From: Acidimicrobiia bacterium
Lineage (GTDB): Bacteria > Actinomycetota > Acidimicrobiia > Spongiisociales > ZC4RG35
Reading direction: 5' to 3'
Assembly: GCA_965215185.1 (NCBI GenBank)
Contig: OZ244034.1
Coordinates: 832,001 to 896,000, forward strand
DNA length: 64,000 nucleotides
In this document: piece after piece, positions 39,001 through 47,595 of the stretch
Position numbering within the stretch: position 1 is the stretch's first letter
How the letters are laid out: each line of letters begins with the position of its first letter
The notes under the pieces: generated by a model
The model's database searches: none
Told to the model about the DNA's origin: nothing
Seen by the model: the letters and a program-made list of their open reading frames with translations, nothing else
Made by a program: the position numbers and the translations under genes

Positions 39001-41824
39001 GCTGTCGGAAGTCCCGCAGGCGCACCGGGTGCGCTACAACATGTCGCCGACCATCGACGCCGATTCATTGGCCTTCGAGGTGGACGAGAACACCACCGCG
39101 GTTGGGCGGCTGAGCGCCACCGACGACACCGCAGCGAGCCGGCTGACATGGTCGCTGGCGTCTGAGGCGACCGGTCCTGACGACGCCGAGTTCACACTGA
39201 GTTCGAGCGGGGTGCTGAACCTGCGGGCGGGCAAGGACTTCGATGTGCCCGATGACGCCAACGGCGACGGCACCTACGAGGTGATGGTGCAGGTCAGCGA
39301 CAGCGACAGTACCGTGACCGGCCTGGTGGAGGTGACATTGGTCGATGTGGACGAGGCGCCGGTGGTGTCGGGACCGTCGTTGCGTAGCTACGACGAGAAC
39401 AACATCGCGGTGGTGGGCTTCTATTACGCGGTGGACCCTGAGGGCGAGACGGTGGAGTTATTGCCGCTGTCGGGGCCTGATGCGGGCGATTTCGAGCTCG
39501 CGGGCAGCACGTTGAGGTTCAAGACGCCGCCGGATTTCGAGGCGCGTGGCGGCAGTTCCGGGGGCGGCAACACCTACTCGGTGACCGTGTGGGCCTCCGA
39601 CGGCGACTTGGAGGGCTCGCTGGAAGTGCGGGTGAGTGTGAACGACATCGACGAGGCGCCGGTGGTGTCGGGACCGTCGTCGGTGACCGTGGATGAGGGC
39701 GTTACGGCGGTGGGGTCCTACAGCGCCCGCGATCCCGAGGGCGACGGGGTGGAGTGGCTCCTATCGGGCGCGGATGCGAATAGTTTCGAGATCGCCGGCG
39801 GGAGGCTGCGTTTCGGGTCGGCGCCGGATTTCGAGGCGCGTGGCGGCAGTTCCGGGGGCGGCAACACCTACTCGGTGACTGTGGGGGCCTCCGACGGCGA
39901 TCTGACGGGCACCGTTGGCGTGCAGGTGACGGTCGCGAATCTCGATGAGCCGGGCGGGGTGTCGCTGTCGTCGGTGCAGCCTCAGGCCGAGAGCCAACTG
40001 AGAGCGAGCCTGACCGACCCCGACGGGATCGTGGGCAGCGTCTTGTGGGTGTGGCAGCGTTCGACAAACCGCAGCTCGTGGTCCACGGTCTCCGGCGCAG
40101 ACTCGGCCGCCTACACGCCCGGGGCGGGCGATGTGGGCATGTGGCTGCGCGCAGCGGCGTCCTATGACGACGGCCACAGCTTATCGAAATCGGCGAACAA
40201 GGTGTCGGCGAACAAGGTGCAGGATGTCCCGGTGACCAACGGCCCTCCGGAGTTCCCCGCCACTGAGACCGGGCAGCGCACTGTGGCCGAGAACACTGCG
40301 GCGGGGCGCAGCATCGGCGCGGCGGTGGTGGCGGCTGATCCCGATGCGGGCGACCGGCTGACCTACACGTTGGCAGGCGCCGACGCGGCCAGCTTCAACC
40401 TTGACGACGGGACCGGTCAGCTGCGCACCAAGGCGGAGCTGGACCACGAAGCCACGCCGTCGCTGAGGGTGGTGGTGACCGCCACCGACCCCGGCGGGCT
40501 GTCGGCCACCCAGGCGGTCACCGTGACAGTGACAGACGTGGACGAGGCGCCGGTGCCGGCCGGGCCCGACGTGGTCCGCTACGACGAGAACGACACCGCG
40601 GTGGTGGGATTCTTCACCGCCAACGATCCCGAGGGCGACCCGGTCAGCTGGTCGCTGTCTGGCTCTGACCGCCGCGCGTTCATGATCGACGCCTTGGGGC
40701 AGCTGAACTTCGTGGCGCCGCCCGACCACGAGGCCAAGAGCCTGTACCGGGTCACCGTGGAGGCAACCGACGACGCCCGCAACACCGCAAGGCTCCAGGT
40801 AACCATAAACGTCGACGACATCAACGAGCCGCCCGAAGTGTCGGGCGACGAGACGCCGGGATTCGGCCATCTAGGTACCGGCACGGTGGCGCGCTACATG
40901 GCCCGGGACCCCGAGCGGCGCCCGATCGAATGGTCGCTGTCGGGTTCCGACAGCGAGGACCTGAGCATCAACAGCGGCGGGACGTTGCGCTTCCTGGCGC
41001 CACCCGACATCGACCGTCCCGACGATGCCGACACCGACAACACCTACGAGGTCACAGTCGAAGCCTACGACGGGAACAGCACCGGCACCCTCACCGTCAC
41101 CGTCACCGTCACCCTTACCACCACAACCACGACCACCACGACCACGACAACTAGGACCACCACCACAGGGGGAGGCGGCGGAGGTGGCGGAGGGTTTGAT
41201 GATGAGCTGCCGCCCACTGCCTCTGAACTGTTCGAGGACATTGACCCGGGAGTGTGGTACGAATCCGCGGTGTCATGGATGATCCTTCACAAAGTCACCT
41301 CCGGATGTTCCACCACCATGTTCTGCCCCGACGCCAACCTCACCCGCCAACAATTCGTCACGTTCCTCTGGAGAGCAGCCGGCCGACCCACCCCCACCTA
41401 CCAAGGATCAGAAGCCTTCACCGACGTACCACAAGGGGTCTACTCGGACCAGGCCATCGGCTGGGCAGTCTCCAACGAAATCACCGTGGGATGCACCCCA
41501 GGCGCCTTTAGTGATCCTGACTGGGAGTTTTGCCCAACGGATCACGTCACCAGAGGACAAATGGCCACCCTCCTCTACCGACACGTAGAAGCCGACTACA
41601 TCGGCACAACCCCCCTATATACCGATGTGCAACCAGACCGATACTACGCGGAAAGCATCACCTGGCTAACCGACTTCCAAATAGTCCCCGGATGCGGACC
41701 AACCCTATTTTGCCCCAACCGAGACGCCACCCGCGCCGAAGCAGCACGCTTCATCAACGGAGTAGCCATCCGACCCCACACCTGGGGACCAGACAACACC
41801 AACTTCATACCCCAACCAAACTAA
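36074..41824 (+). CDS. giant secreted protein: cadherin/Ig-like repeats, arylsulfotransferase (ASST) domain, more cadherin repeats, Thr/Gly linker, SLH domains
   Basis: signal peptide, PDFE/DVDEAP cadherin motifs, NAHDF/HGNS/GQH..FDNG ASST motifs, C-terminal FCP...TR.Q SLH repeats; GGAGG RBS. Confidence 0.85.
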   Translation: MRRGGSFVGGGVAALVLVLVAATVGWVGTAPAQTETTPLVSSAGPFTVAEGSVKVAQMAASGFSEDAEDLFWSILTEADSGADGDLFKLRLDHVLEFVEPPDFEQPTDADDDNVYVVTVKVSNGADTDPAEATADISVTVSDVGFTAFDASMLSVDFDENRHVRVATLDAGDPVVEWSLSGPDAGWFRIADGALRFRSQVSGGPPDYESPGDSGADNVYVVTVSAEEDSTDVDTTDASSVAVSVTVLNVDEAGMVALSDSMPTIGEALVASLSDPDGGVADIEWVWERSVGRSAWEVIDAVTSATYTPTAADSEDYLRVTATYTDALAAGRTARAVASSPPLGELLSSLSVTTSSARKMYPVFDPEVLHYAVGCDSEVTLSLSAASSDARVSVDGIQQPASNAEVTVSGLHDGDNGADRAHSGPDASDIEIVVSDADGSSTTYVVHCIHDDYPEITPIRNATSDGVIEDLILLHLQPDLEAGVYPSIVDTNGVPRFHRHTRGDGPFFRVFHIDGRYRYAWAQRSADTGNQWIILDEYFTVLDNKVTTSSPLVKTNAHDFRILDNGNYLLMSYEPGYRDLRFMESLIPEISDPARVPIDDTAVQIITPRKPNGTAVFNWSSFDQMDVRDCLSHRFPNDFAHGNSLQYWEPEGRDQDWIVVSLRGCSAVAVIDADTAETVARIGRTNLSADEWAAAGKGDPPLTLLDDPHGEFCGQHAAWMLPHEHLVMFDNGNSCTTDSRTGETVRNSNKPDLFSRVVEYALDLDNGEAVFVRHHSMHSAENRLGRSSGHVDVLDNGDWLIGWGRANHDTDPETAWGPDEAVTQADPDTGEEKFALQISEPDGLLLDVDGDGDTEREQLRVRPESLSPVALASDRLELEAGFAAGSDHTAGFFTSVQARPTVVVSFNQPVVDFDETTTSMTVPGGTLESVAPHVVAGEPAYSYLLTLAPDGEAAMTVSLVASQACDAGGICTADGSMLSEVPQAHRVRYNMSPTIDADSLAFEVDENTTAVGRLSATDDTAASRLTWSLASEATGPDDAEFTLSSSGVLNLRAGKDFDVPDDANGDGTYEVMVQVSDSDSTVTGLVEVTLVDVDEAPVVSGPSLRSYDENNIAVVGFYYAVDPEGETVELLPLSGPDAGDFELAGSTLRFKTPPDFEARGGSSGGGNTYSVTVWASDGDLEGSLEVRVSVNDIDEAPVVSGPSSVTVDEGVTAVGSYSARDPEGDGVEWLLSGADANSFEIAGGRLRFGSAPDFEARGGSSGGGNTYSVTVGASDGDLTGTVGVQVTVANLDEPGGVSLSSVQPQAESQLRASLTDPDGIVGSVLWVWQRSTNRSSWSTVSGADSAAYTPGAGDVGMWLRAAASYDDGHSLSKSANKVSANKVQDVPVTNGPPEFPATETGQRTVAENTAAGRSIGAAVVAADPDAGDRLTYTLAGADAASFNLDDGTGQLRTKAELDHEATPSLRVVVTATDPGGLSATQAVTVTVTDVDEAPVPAGPDVVRYDENDTAVVGFFTANDPEGDPVSWSLSGSDRRAFMIDALGQLNFVAPPDHEAKSLYRVTVEATDDARNTARLQVTINVDDINEPPEVSGDETPGFGHLGTGTVARYMARDPERRPIEWSLSGSDSEDLSINSGGTLRFLAPPDIDRPDDADTDNTYEVTVEAYDGNSTGTLTVTVTVTLTTTTTTTTTTTTRTTTTGGGGGGGGGFDDELPPTASELFEDIDPGVWYESAVSWMILHKVTSGCSTTMFCPDANLTRQQFVTFLWRAAGRPTPTYQGSEAFTDVPQGVYSDQAIGWAVSNEITVGCTPGAFSDPDWEFCPTDHVTRGQMATLLYRHVEADYIGTTPLYTDVQPDRYYAESITWLTDFQIVPGCGPTLFCPNRDATRAEAARFINGVAIRPHTWGPDNTNFIPQPN
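39528..39879 (+). repeat. internal duplication of cadherin modules
   Basis: 58-bp identical blocks at 39528-39585 and 39822-39879; second identical block at 39350 and 39650. Confidence 0.85.
41095..41195 (+). repeat. ACC-rich poly-Thr then poly-Gly linker
   Basis: CACCGT and ACCACG repeats encoding VTVTVTLTTTT...GGGGGGGGG. Confidence 0.85.
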
Positions 41825-42133
41825 GGGCTCCTCCACTGGCGGCACCCGCCCACCCACACCACAACCGCCTTGGACCCCTGATGGCCCGACGACGGGCCCC
41901 GGCGCCACACCACCGTGGCCAGCACTCAACTAGAACAGCCTCCCTTTTCCCCGCTATAACTGATACTCAGCAAATATCCCTCATGATGGGTTGGCAGTGC
42001 CCTTGCCCGAGATTACTGGTGCTTAGATTGGCTGGTGCCTGAGGTGGCGGGAGGAGGTAGGTAGCGGGGGCGACAGTGGTTTTGGGCAGGCGTCAGCAGA
42101 GCGCATTGGCCAGCCCACTATCTCGTCGGTCGT

Positions 42134-43549
42134 TTATCGACAGAAATGCGACCATACTGCGTTGGCTCTGACCGGTCCGATGCTGTACACAGCGTCGAGG
42201 TCGGCGATGCTGTAGAACGGTTGGTTGGCCCATAACCTTGGGGCCAGGGTCGCTCCGATGCCGTATACCGCGTCAAAGTCGGCGATGGACTTGTCGGCAA
42301 TGACGCAGGCGGCCTCTGTTGTGTCGGTTGTAGGGTTCTCCGACCCATTAGCGAACCCAACTCCTTGGTCGCCGCATCCGGCCAAGGTGGCGGACAAGGC
42401 GTCCGCCTCGGCCTGATCTACGGTAAGTTCCCATGCCGACTTGACTGCCACAGTAGTCCGAGCTAATAGGCACCGACCTGCTGCTGTTACCCGATAGCCG
42501 CCGCCACAGGCAGCCGACGAAGCAATGCGAGAATCTGACCACTCGGCTATGTCATCCCCGCTCTTTGACTGGTTGACACAGGCCCGTGACGCAACATGGT
42601 TAGCCGGGTCTCGGCTGAACCGCCGTCTCTGATCAGATGACCATGCCCACCCGCCCGATTCGTGAGCTTCGTGTAACGCCACAACATGATCTACATGGCA
42701 GACGTCAATAGTGGTTGCCGTGTAAGGGTCCGCCGAACCCACTGCCTCCCGGCAGAGACTGCTCCCGTGCGGACCCCAGTCGTCGCGGTCGTAACCTGTG
42801 CTCTGTTCAACGGCGATTTGAAGCTGCACCGACACAGGAGCCGACCCTGTTGTCTCCTCGGTGGCAGCGTTCCCCTCTGTTGATGGTATTGCGGGGGGAC
42901 AAATGTCAGGGGCTGATGCTCGGCATATAAACAGCACCGTTTCCTCCCGAACCGTGGGAGTACCGAAACCGAAAACAGAAGGATCTGTGCCCATCCCACC
43001 GGCAACGCCCTGGTCATGTGCCCACCCAATCGGCAGGTTGGCCCATTGCGACCGGCTAATGGGCACATCGGTGTAAATGTCGCTTCCCCTCGACCCTCCT
43101 GCAGGGGACCCTTTCGCTCGGAAAAGGAAAGTGACCGTTTGTTCCCGGTTTAGCGTCTGGGAACCGCCAAACGCCACCTGGCTGACCCCACTCGTAATCT
43201 GATTGCTGACCGCCCACCCAATCGCGTGATTCGCCCAATGATCAACCGGCACATCCGAAAACCTGTCACTCCCCTTCATACCACTGCGGCACTGGGTGGG
43301 AGCAAAAGCCCTACACAAGAAAGTAACCATCTCATACCGGGTCAAGGTTTGTCCCATACCAAACCGGTTATCGCCCACACCAACGGTTATCCCTTCCTCC
43401 ACAGCCCAAGCAATGGCATGCTCGGCTATATGCCCCTCGGGGACATCCTCAAAACCGGTAAGGGCCCTCCCCAAACCAACCTGGGAAGAAAAAAGCAGGA
43501 CAGACACCACCAACCCCACCCCCACAGAACGAAATGTCCGAGACCTCAC
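42134..43549 (-). CDS. SLH-anchored HNH/DUF1524-type nuclease with C-terminal helix-hairpin-helix motifs (start approximate)
   Basis: signal peptide, three SLH repeats, GYDRDDW..DPYT...VDHVVAL.EA.ESG...N.SK, then YGIG/YSIG HhH motifs. Confidence 0.75.
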   Translation of the reverse strand: MRSRTFRSVGVGLVVSVLLFSSQVGLGRALTGFEDVPEGHIAEHAIAWAVEEGITVGVGDNRFGMGQTLTRYEMVTFLCRAFAPTQCRSGMKGSDRFSDVPVDHWANHAIGWAVSNQITSGVSQVAFGGSQTLNREQTVTFLFRAKGSPAGGSRGSDIYTDVPISRSQWANLPIGWAHDQGVAGGMGTDPSVFGFGTPTVREETVLFICRASAPDICPPAIPSTEGNAATEETTGSAPVSVQLQIAVEQSTGYDRDDWGPHGSSLCREAVGSADPYTATTIDVCHVDHVVALHEAHESGGWAWSSDQRRRFSRDPANHVASRACVNQSKSGDDIAEWSDSRIASSAACGGGYRVTAAGRCLLARTTVAVKSAWELTVDQAEADALSATLAGCGDQGVGFANGSENPTTDTTEAACVIADKSIADFDAVYGIGATLAPRLWANQPFYSIADLDAVYSIGPVRANAVWSHFCR

Positions 43550-43698
43550 AACTGCCACAAGCACCCCATTATCGTCTCCCAGCCGATCACTTCCCAAACG
43601 GGGACCGTCACCTGTGCTAGCCTCGCCGGGCCCCGGCAAACTTTCAATCCCGAGCAATATGCTTGCGAGATACAGCCTGACGATGTGAGGAAACGATT

Positions 43699-44460
43699 GT
43701 GGCAGGTGACCCTAACGATGACAATGACCAGATGGACAAGGGTATGTCCAAAGGAGAGTTACGGAGACAAAAGCGTCGGCAAGAGATCAAGCGGCTGCAG
43801 ACCCAGAAAGAGGAGGCTCAGGAGCAAAGAAAGCAGGCTCTAGACGAGGTCGACGAGGCAAGAGCCCGAATCGACCAGGCCCGCCAGCAGATCGAAGAAT
43901 GGGAGGCGGAGAAGAAACAGTTCCTTGAGCGCAGTGAACGCCAAAGGCGTCGGATCGAGGAGATTGGTAGCCGTATCGAGAAACTCCAAAAGCGGAGAGG
44001 GGCTTTGTGGTGGGCTGGCGCTGCTGCGATTGTAGTTGTAGTCGTAGCAGTCATTGCGGGGCTGCTACAGGGCGATGGTCCGAGCCTGCCTGATGTGACA
44101 CCACGTCAAACGAACACCACCACGAGCAGGGCGACCACTACAACGACCACGACAAGGGTGACCACGACAAGGCGGGTGCCACAGACCCCGATGGACGCAG
44201 CTGAGAGATGCTTTTCTGCCTGGGATGGCAACCATGACGACTTTGAGCGGCAAGTCCGTGAATTGCTGAACGACCCAGGCAGCATGGAAACGCACGGGAC
44301 CTATTTCAATAGCGACGAGGACATTTCTGACGGAACAATGACGATCCGGATGGACTATGGGGCACGCAACCAACTGGGCGGCATGGTCCGGACCGATGCT
44401 ATTGCCGAGATGAACGTACGCACTTGTGAAGTGACGGTCATCGACTACGGAGTCGGGTAA
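43699..44460 (+). CDS. coiled-coil plus TM protein with Thr linker and unknown extracellular domain
   Basis: charged heptad N-terminus, TM helix, C..AWDG.H..FER...DYGARN..GGMVR domain shared with 2337-2729. Confidence 0.7.
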   Translation: MAGDPNDDNDQMDKGMSKGELRRQKRRQEIKRLQTQKEEAQEQRKQALDEVDEARARIDQARQQIEEWEAEKKQFLERSERQRRRIEEIGSRIEKLQKRRGALWWAGAAAIVVVVVAVIAGLLQGDGPSLPDVTPRQTNTTTSRATTTTTTTRVTTTRRVPQTPMDAAERCFSAWDGNHDDFERQVRELLNDPGSMETHGTYFNSDEDISDGTMTIRMDYGARNQLGGMVRTDAIAEMNVRTCEVTVIDYGVG

Positions 44461-44789
44461 AACCAACACCCCAGCTAGATCAAAGTTATAGTCGCCGCTT
44501 GCGACTGATATTCAGCGAATATCAGTCATGATTGGGTTTTAGGCTTCACCCGGAAGGTCGGGCAGCTTGGCGTTCTTTCGGGGTCAGCAAGCCACTGATC
44601 CAAATATCCCGACTCCACGAAAGTGGGGTACCATCAGGTCGCCCAGTGGACCCACGAACCTGATAGTGACTATCCAAAGATCACGTTGTCGGATCTTCCC
44701 AATCTGGGATCGTCCAGCTAGGTCGCAGGACAGGACTGGCGGCGAATATCCCATCCGACCCTGATCGTCTGCGGGAATGGCTAGCTAGG

Positions 44790-44949
44790 TGTCGGGCAAC
44801 CCCATCTCGAACTCGCCCGAGTTCCCTACTGCCGCCCTGTTGTCCTCGTCAGGCACAGTGATCCTCCCCAACGGCCTGGGCGCACACATGGTCGACGATC
44901 ACGGCGGCGTCACCCCCCAAGAACTCCTCATCCCCCTACTGGTCGGCTA
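44790..44949 (+). pseudogene. C-terminal fragment of an alkaline-phosphatase-superfamily (PglZ-like) gene
   Basis: HGGVTPQELLIPLLVG* with no start, directly after CTAGCTAG. Confidence 0.45.
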
Positions 44950-45173
44950 AAGCAAACCGGTGCCGAGTTGTGTCTCTTTCTCAGAGCGGCACCGCGTCTT
45001 TGAGCATCTAATCGCTACGATGTCGGCCCCATCTGTCAAGAGGGTTGCGCACTGCGTTCATGCTCACCACTTAGGCCGTCTTTATCCCGGCCGAGGAGGT
45101 AGAGAGCCAGAACAGGCTCTCCGTGTCACAATCGGGAAGTGCCTACTGGCAATCTACCTCAGAATCCCCGTCC

Positions 45174-45578
45174 TTACTCCAAGGGCACTCTTCGGAGTCC
45201 GCCTGCCTTGGTTACTGCGAACATCCATGGACCATCAGGCTCGTTTTGTATCTGCTCGAGGATCGACGTCCAATGCTTCTTGAGAGTTAGGAGACTTCCG
45301 GTGCTTGTTTGGTTCTTTCTCCCGGTCAACACGAAACCCCGCGTCTTGTAGGCGATCCACTTTGCTTTTTGCACTGGCCGCCTTCGTATATCTTTATCAC
45401 GAGTGATCACAACCATCCGGCGACAGCTCACGAGTTCTAACCATGTTTCGTCCAGACACCCTCGAGGAATCTCTGGAAGGTCAGGATGACCGGGATAAAC
45501 AACCTCTCCCGGCAGAAAACTGGCAAGCCGTTTGCCGAGTCCCAAGTCTGTCTCGTCTGCGAAGTACCGGTGTGGCAT
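45174..45578 (-). CDS. VapC45-like PIN toxin
   Basis: YFADE..LG, D..W, VITRD..IR..P. Confidence 0.75.
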   Translation of the reverse strand: MPHRYFADETDLGLGKRLASFLPGEVVYPGHPDLPEIPRGCLDETWLELVSCRRMVVITRDKDIRRRPVQKAKWIAYKTRGFVLTGRKNQTSTGSLLTLKKHWTSILEQIQNEPDGPWMFAVTKAGGLRRVPLE

Positions 45579-45587
45579 AGGCGCTGG

Positions 45588-46292
45588 CTACGCCGCCAAC
45601 ACCCTTTGCATCTCCTCGAAGGCAACGCCTGCCCTCACCAGGTGCTCCTGCATCTCATAGTCTGCTGCGATCTCGCTCACCTTTTCTCCAGCTGCTCGTA
45701 GTTCCCAAAGTCGCTCAGTGGCCACACCTCCAATGGCCGGGCGACCAAAGCACACCAGTGGGTCGATGCACACATACGCATCCACGCCTCCCGGGTACAT
45801 GCGGCAGGCCTCTCCTAAGGCGCCGCTATTGGGATCAAACCCAACTTTGTTGAAGAAGCTGTTGGCCTCGTCAGCCAGGATCATCATCTGTCCTGACCGC
45901 ACCACCATGGCGAGAGCGGAAGGCAGATTGTTTTCGACTTGCAGCTTCCAAACTATCTCATGGCCGTTGAGGTACAGGTTCTTTGTCGCCAGCGGATAGG
46001 GGAGTTCGAACACGCTACGCAACTCGTCTATGACCGGACGCAGATACTGGAGCGACACTCCTTTGCGACGGTACTCGCGGAGATAACCGAGTTCGACGAA
46101 CTCTCCCCAAGTCACCGCATCTTCGCCTGTGGCCTGTGGGCGAATAACCGGCGGATATACCTTGCCCCGCTGTGTGTAGCCATCAAGCCAAGCACTAACA
46201 CGGTCACGGCGGATGCCCAAGTGCTTGGCGGCTTCTGAAATCCCATAGGTTGGGCGTTCAAGAATTGAGATATTCGTAGCTGTTACCACCAT
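45588..46292 (-). CDS. VapB45-like antitoxin (HTH plus DUF433)
   Basis: Y...EAA..L, W..GY, F.E....R...VSLQ, IDP...FGRP, IA.DY. Confidence 0.8.
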   Translation of the reverse strand: MVVTATNISILERPTYGISEAAKHLGIRRDRVSAWLDGYTQRGKVYPPVIRPQATGEDAVTWGEFVELGYLREYRRKGVSLQYLRPVIDELRSVFELPYPLATKNLYLNGHEIVWKLQVENNLPSALAMVVRSGQMMILADEANSFFNKVGFDPNSGALGEACRMYPGGVDAYVCIDPLVCFGRPAIGGVATERLWELRAAGEKVSEIAADYEMQEHLVRAGVAFEEMQRVLAA

Positions 46293-46436
46293 TCCCCGTG
46301 CTTAAGGCTGATAGTAGCAGTAGCAGAAACACAGGGATGTCATTCGACCCACCGAATGCGTTGACTCACTGGCGTTCGGTCGTCCGATGCGGCTATGGTC
46401 ACGGAAACCTGCTAAAGCTCTTTGACTAACGCTAGA

Positions 46437-47486
46437 TGTCCTTCCCACATAGGTCGGTTACAAGTTGGGTGATGGGTGGTTGGCCTCCGAGTGAGCTGTG
46501 GGGTCTGCGGTGATTGTAGGTGCGAAGGAATCTGGTGAGGGCTTGGCGGCGTTGTTGGTTGGTGGTGTAGGGGCGTTTGTAGGCCCATCCTCCGAGGAGG
46601 GTTTGGTGGAAGCGTTCCACTTTCCCGTTGGTCTGGGGACGGTAAGGACGGATCAGTTTGTGAGCGGCGCCGATCTCCGAAAGAGCATCGGCGAAGGGTT
46701 GGCTGCGGCGGTAGGCCCAGGCGTTGTCGGTCATTACTCGGTCTATGCGATACCCCCAGGAGGCGAACCAGCGGGCGGCGCGGAGCATGAACCCGGCGCA
46801 GGCGTGGCCGTCCTGGGAGTCGAGGGCTTCGCGAGTAGGCCATGCGAGTGTGGTCATCGACCATGGAGTGCACATACTCATAGCCGACCTTCTGACGGGG
46901 ACCGGCTTGGGACCGGCCCAGGACCCGCCATCCGCCTCCATCAGGTATTTTGCCCAGTTTCTTGATGTCCACGTGGACCAGTTCACCTGGGCAGTCTCGC
47001 ACGTAACGGATCGGTGTGCCGGTGGTGCGGTCCAAATCGGAGAGGCGGGACAGTCCCCGGCGGGCGAGCACCCCGTAGATGGTGGAACGCGGTACACCCA
47101 GCCGTCCGGCCATCAGATGGGGGCCTTCTTTCTCTGTGATCCGATCCGAAACGATCCGCTTTTCCATCTCCGAAGAGACCCGATTGGGACTGTGGCGAGG
47201 CCTGCTGGAGCGATCCTCCAGTCCGGCTTCTCCTTCCTCCCGCCAGCGTCTCATCCACCGATAGGCAGTCTGCCGAGAAACCCCCACCGATTCGGCGGCC
47301 CGAGCCGCCGGCCAACCCAACTCGAGGATCCGATCCACCAACAACCTACGCCCGAACGGTGTCAACTTTCTACAGTTGGTTCTCACGAGGGCCTCCTGTG
47401 ATTCGCGGATAATGCTTACCCACAAATCAAACCAGGAGGCTCTCACTCATCCAAGCATTCTGTCAACAACGTCCATGGGAAGGACA
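46437..47486 (-). mobile_element. IS481-family element, transposase (GTG 47386) frameshifted near 46830
   Basis: IR TGTCCTTCCCA/TGGGAAGGACA, 6-bp GCTAGA duplication; HVDIKKLG, VDDH.R, TDN, PQTNGKVERF. Confidence 0.92.
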
Positions 47487-47595
47487 GCTAGACCACTAGC
47501 CGGGGGGCCCGAAAGACCGGTTGACGGAAGCTGAGGTTGTAGGCGGCTGAGCGCAGGACGGTCTCATGGGCGAACGGTGCAGGCGTACCTGTGTG

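Noticed and set aside
41095-41195. Diversity-generating or phase-variable tract
   Set aside because: In-frame Thr/Gly linker; no reverse transcriptase or template repeat in the window.
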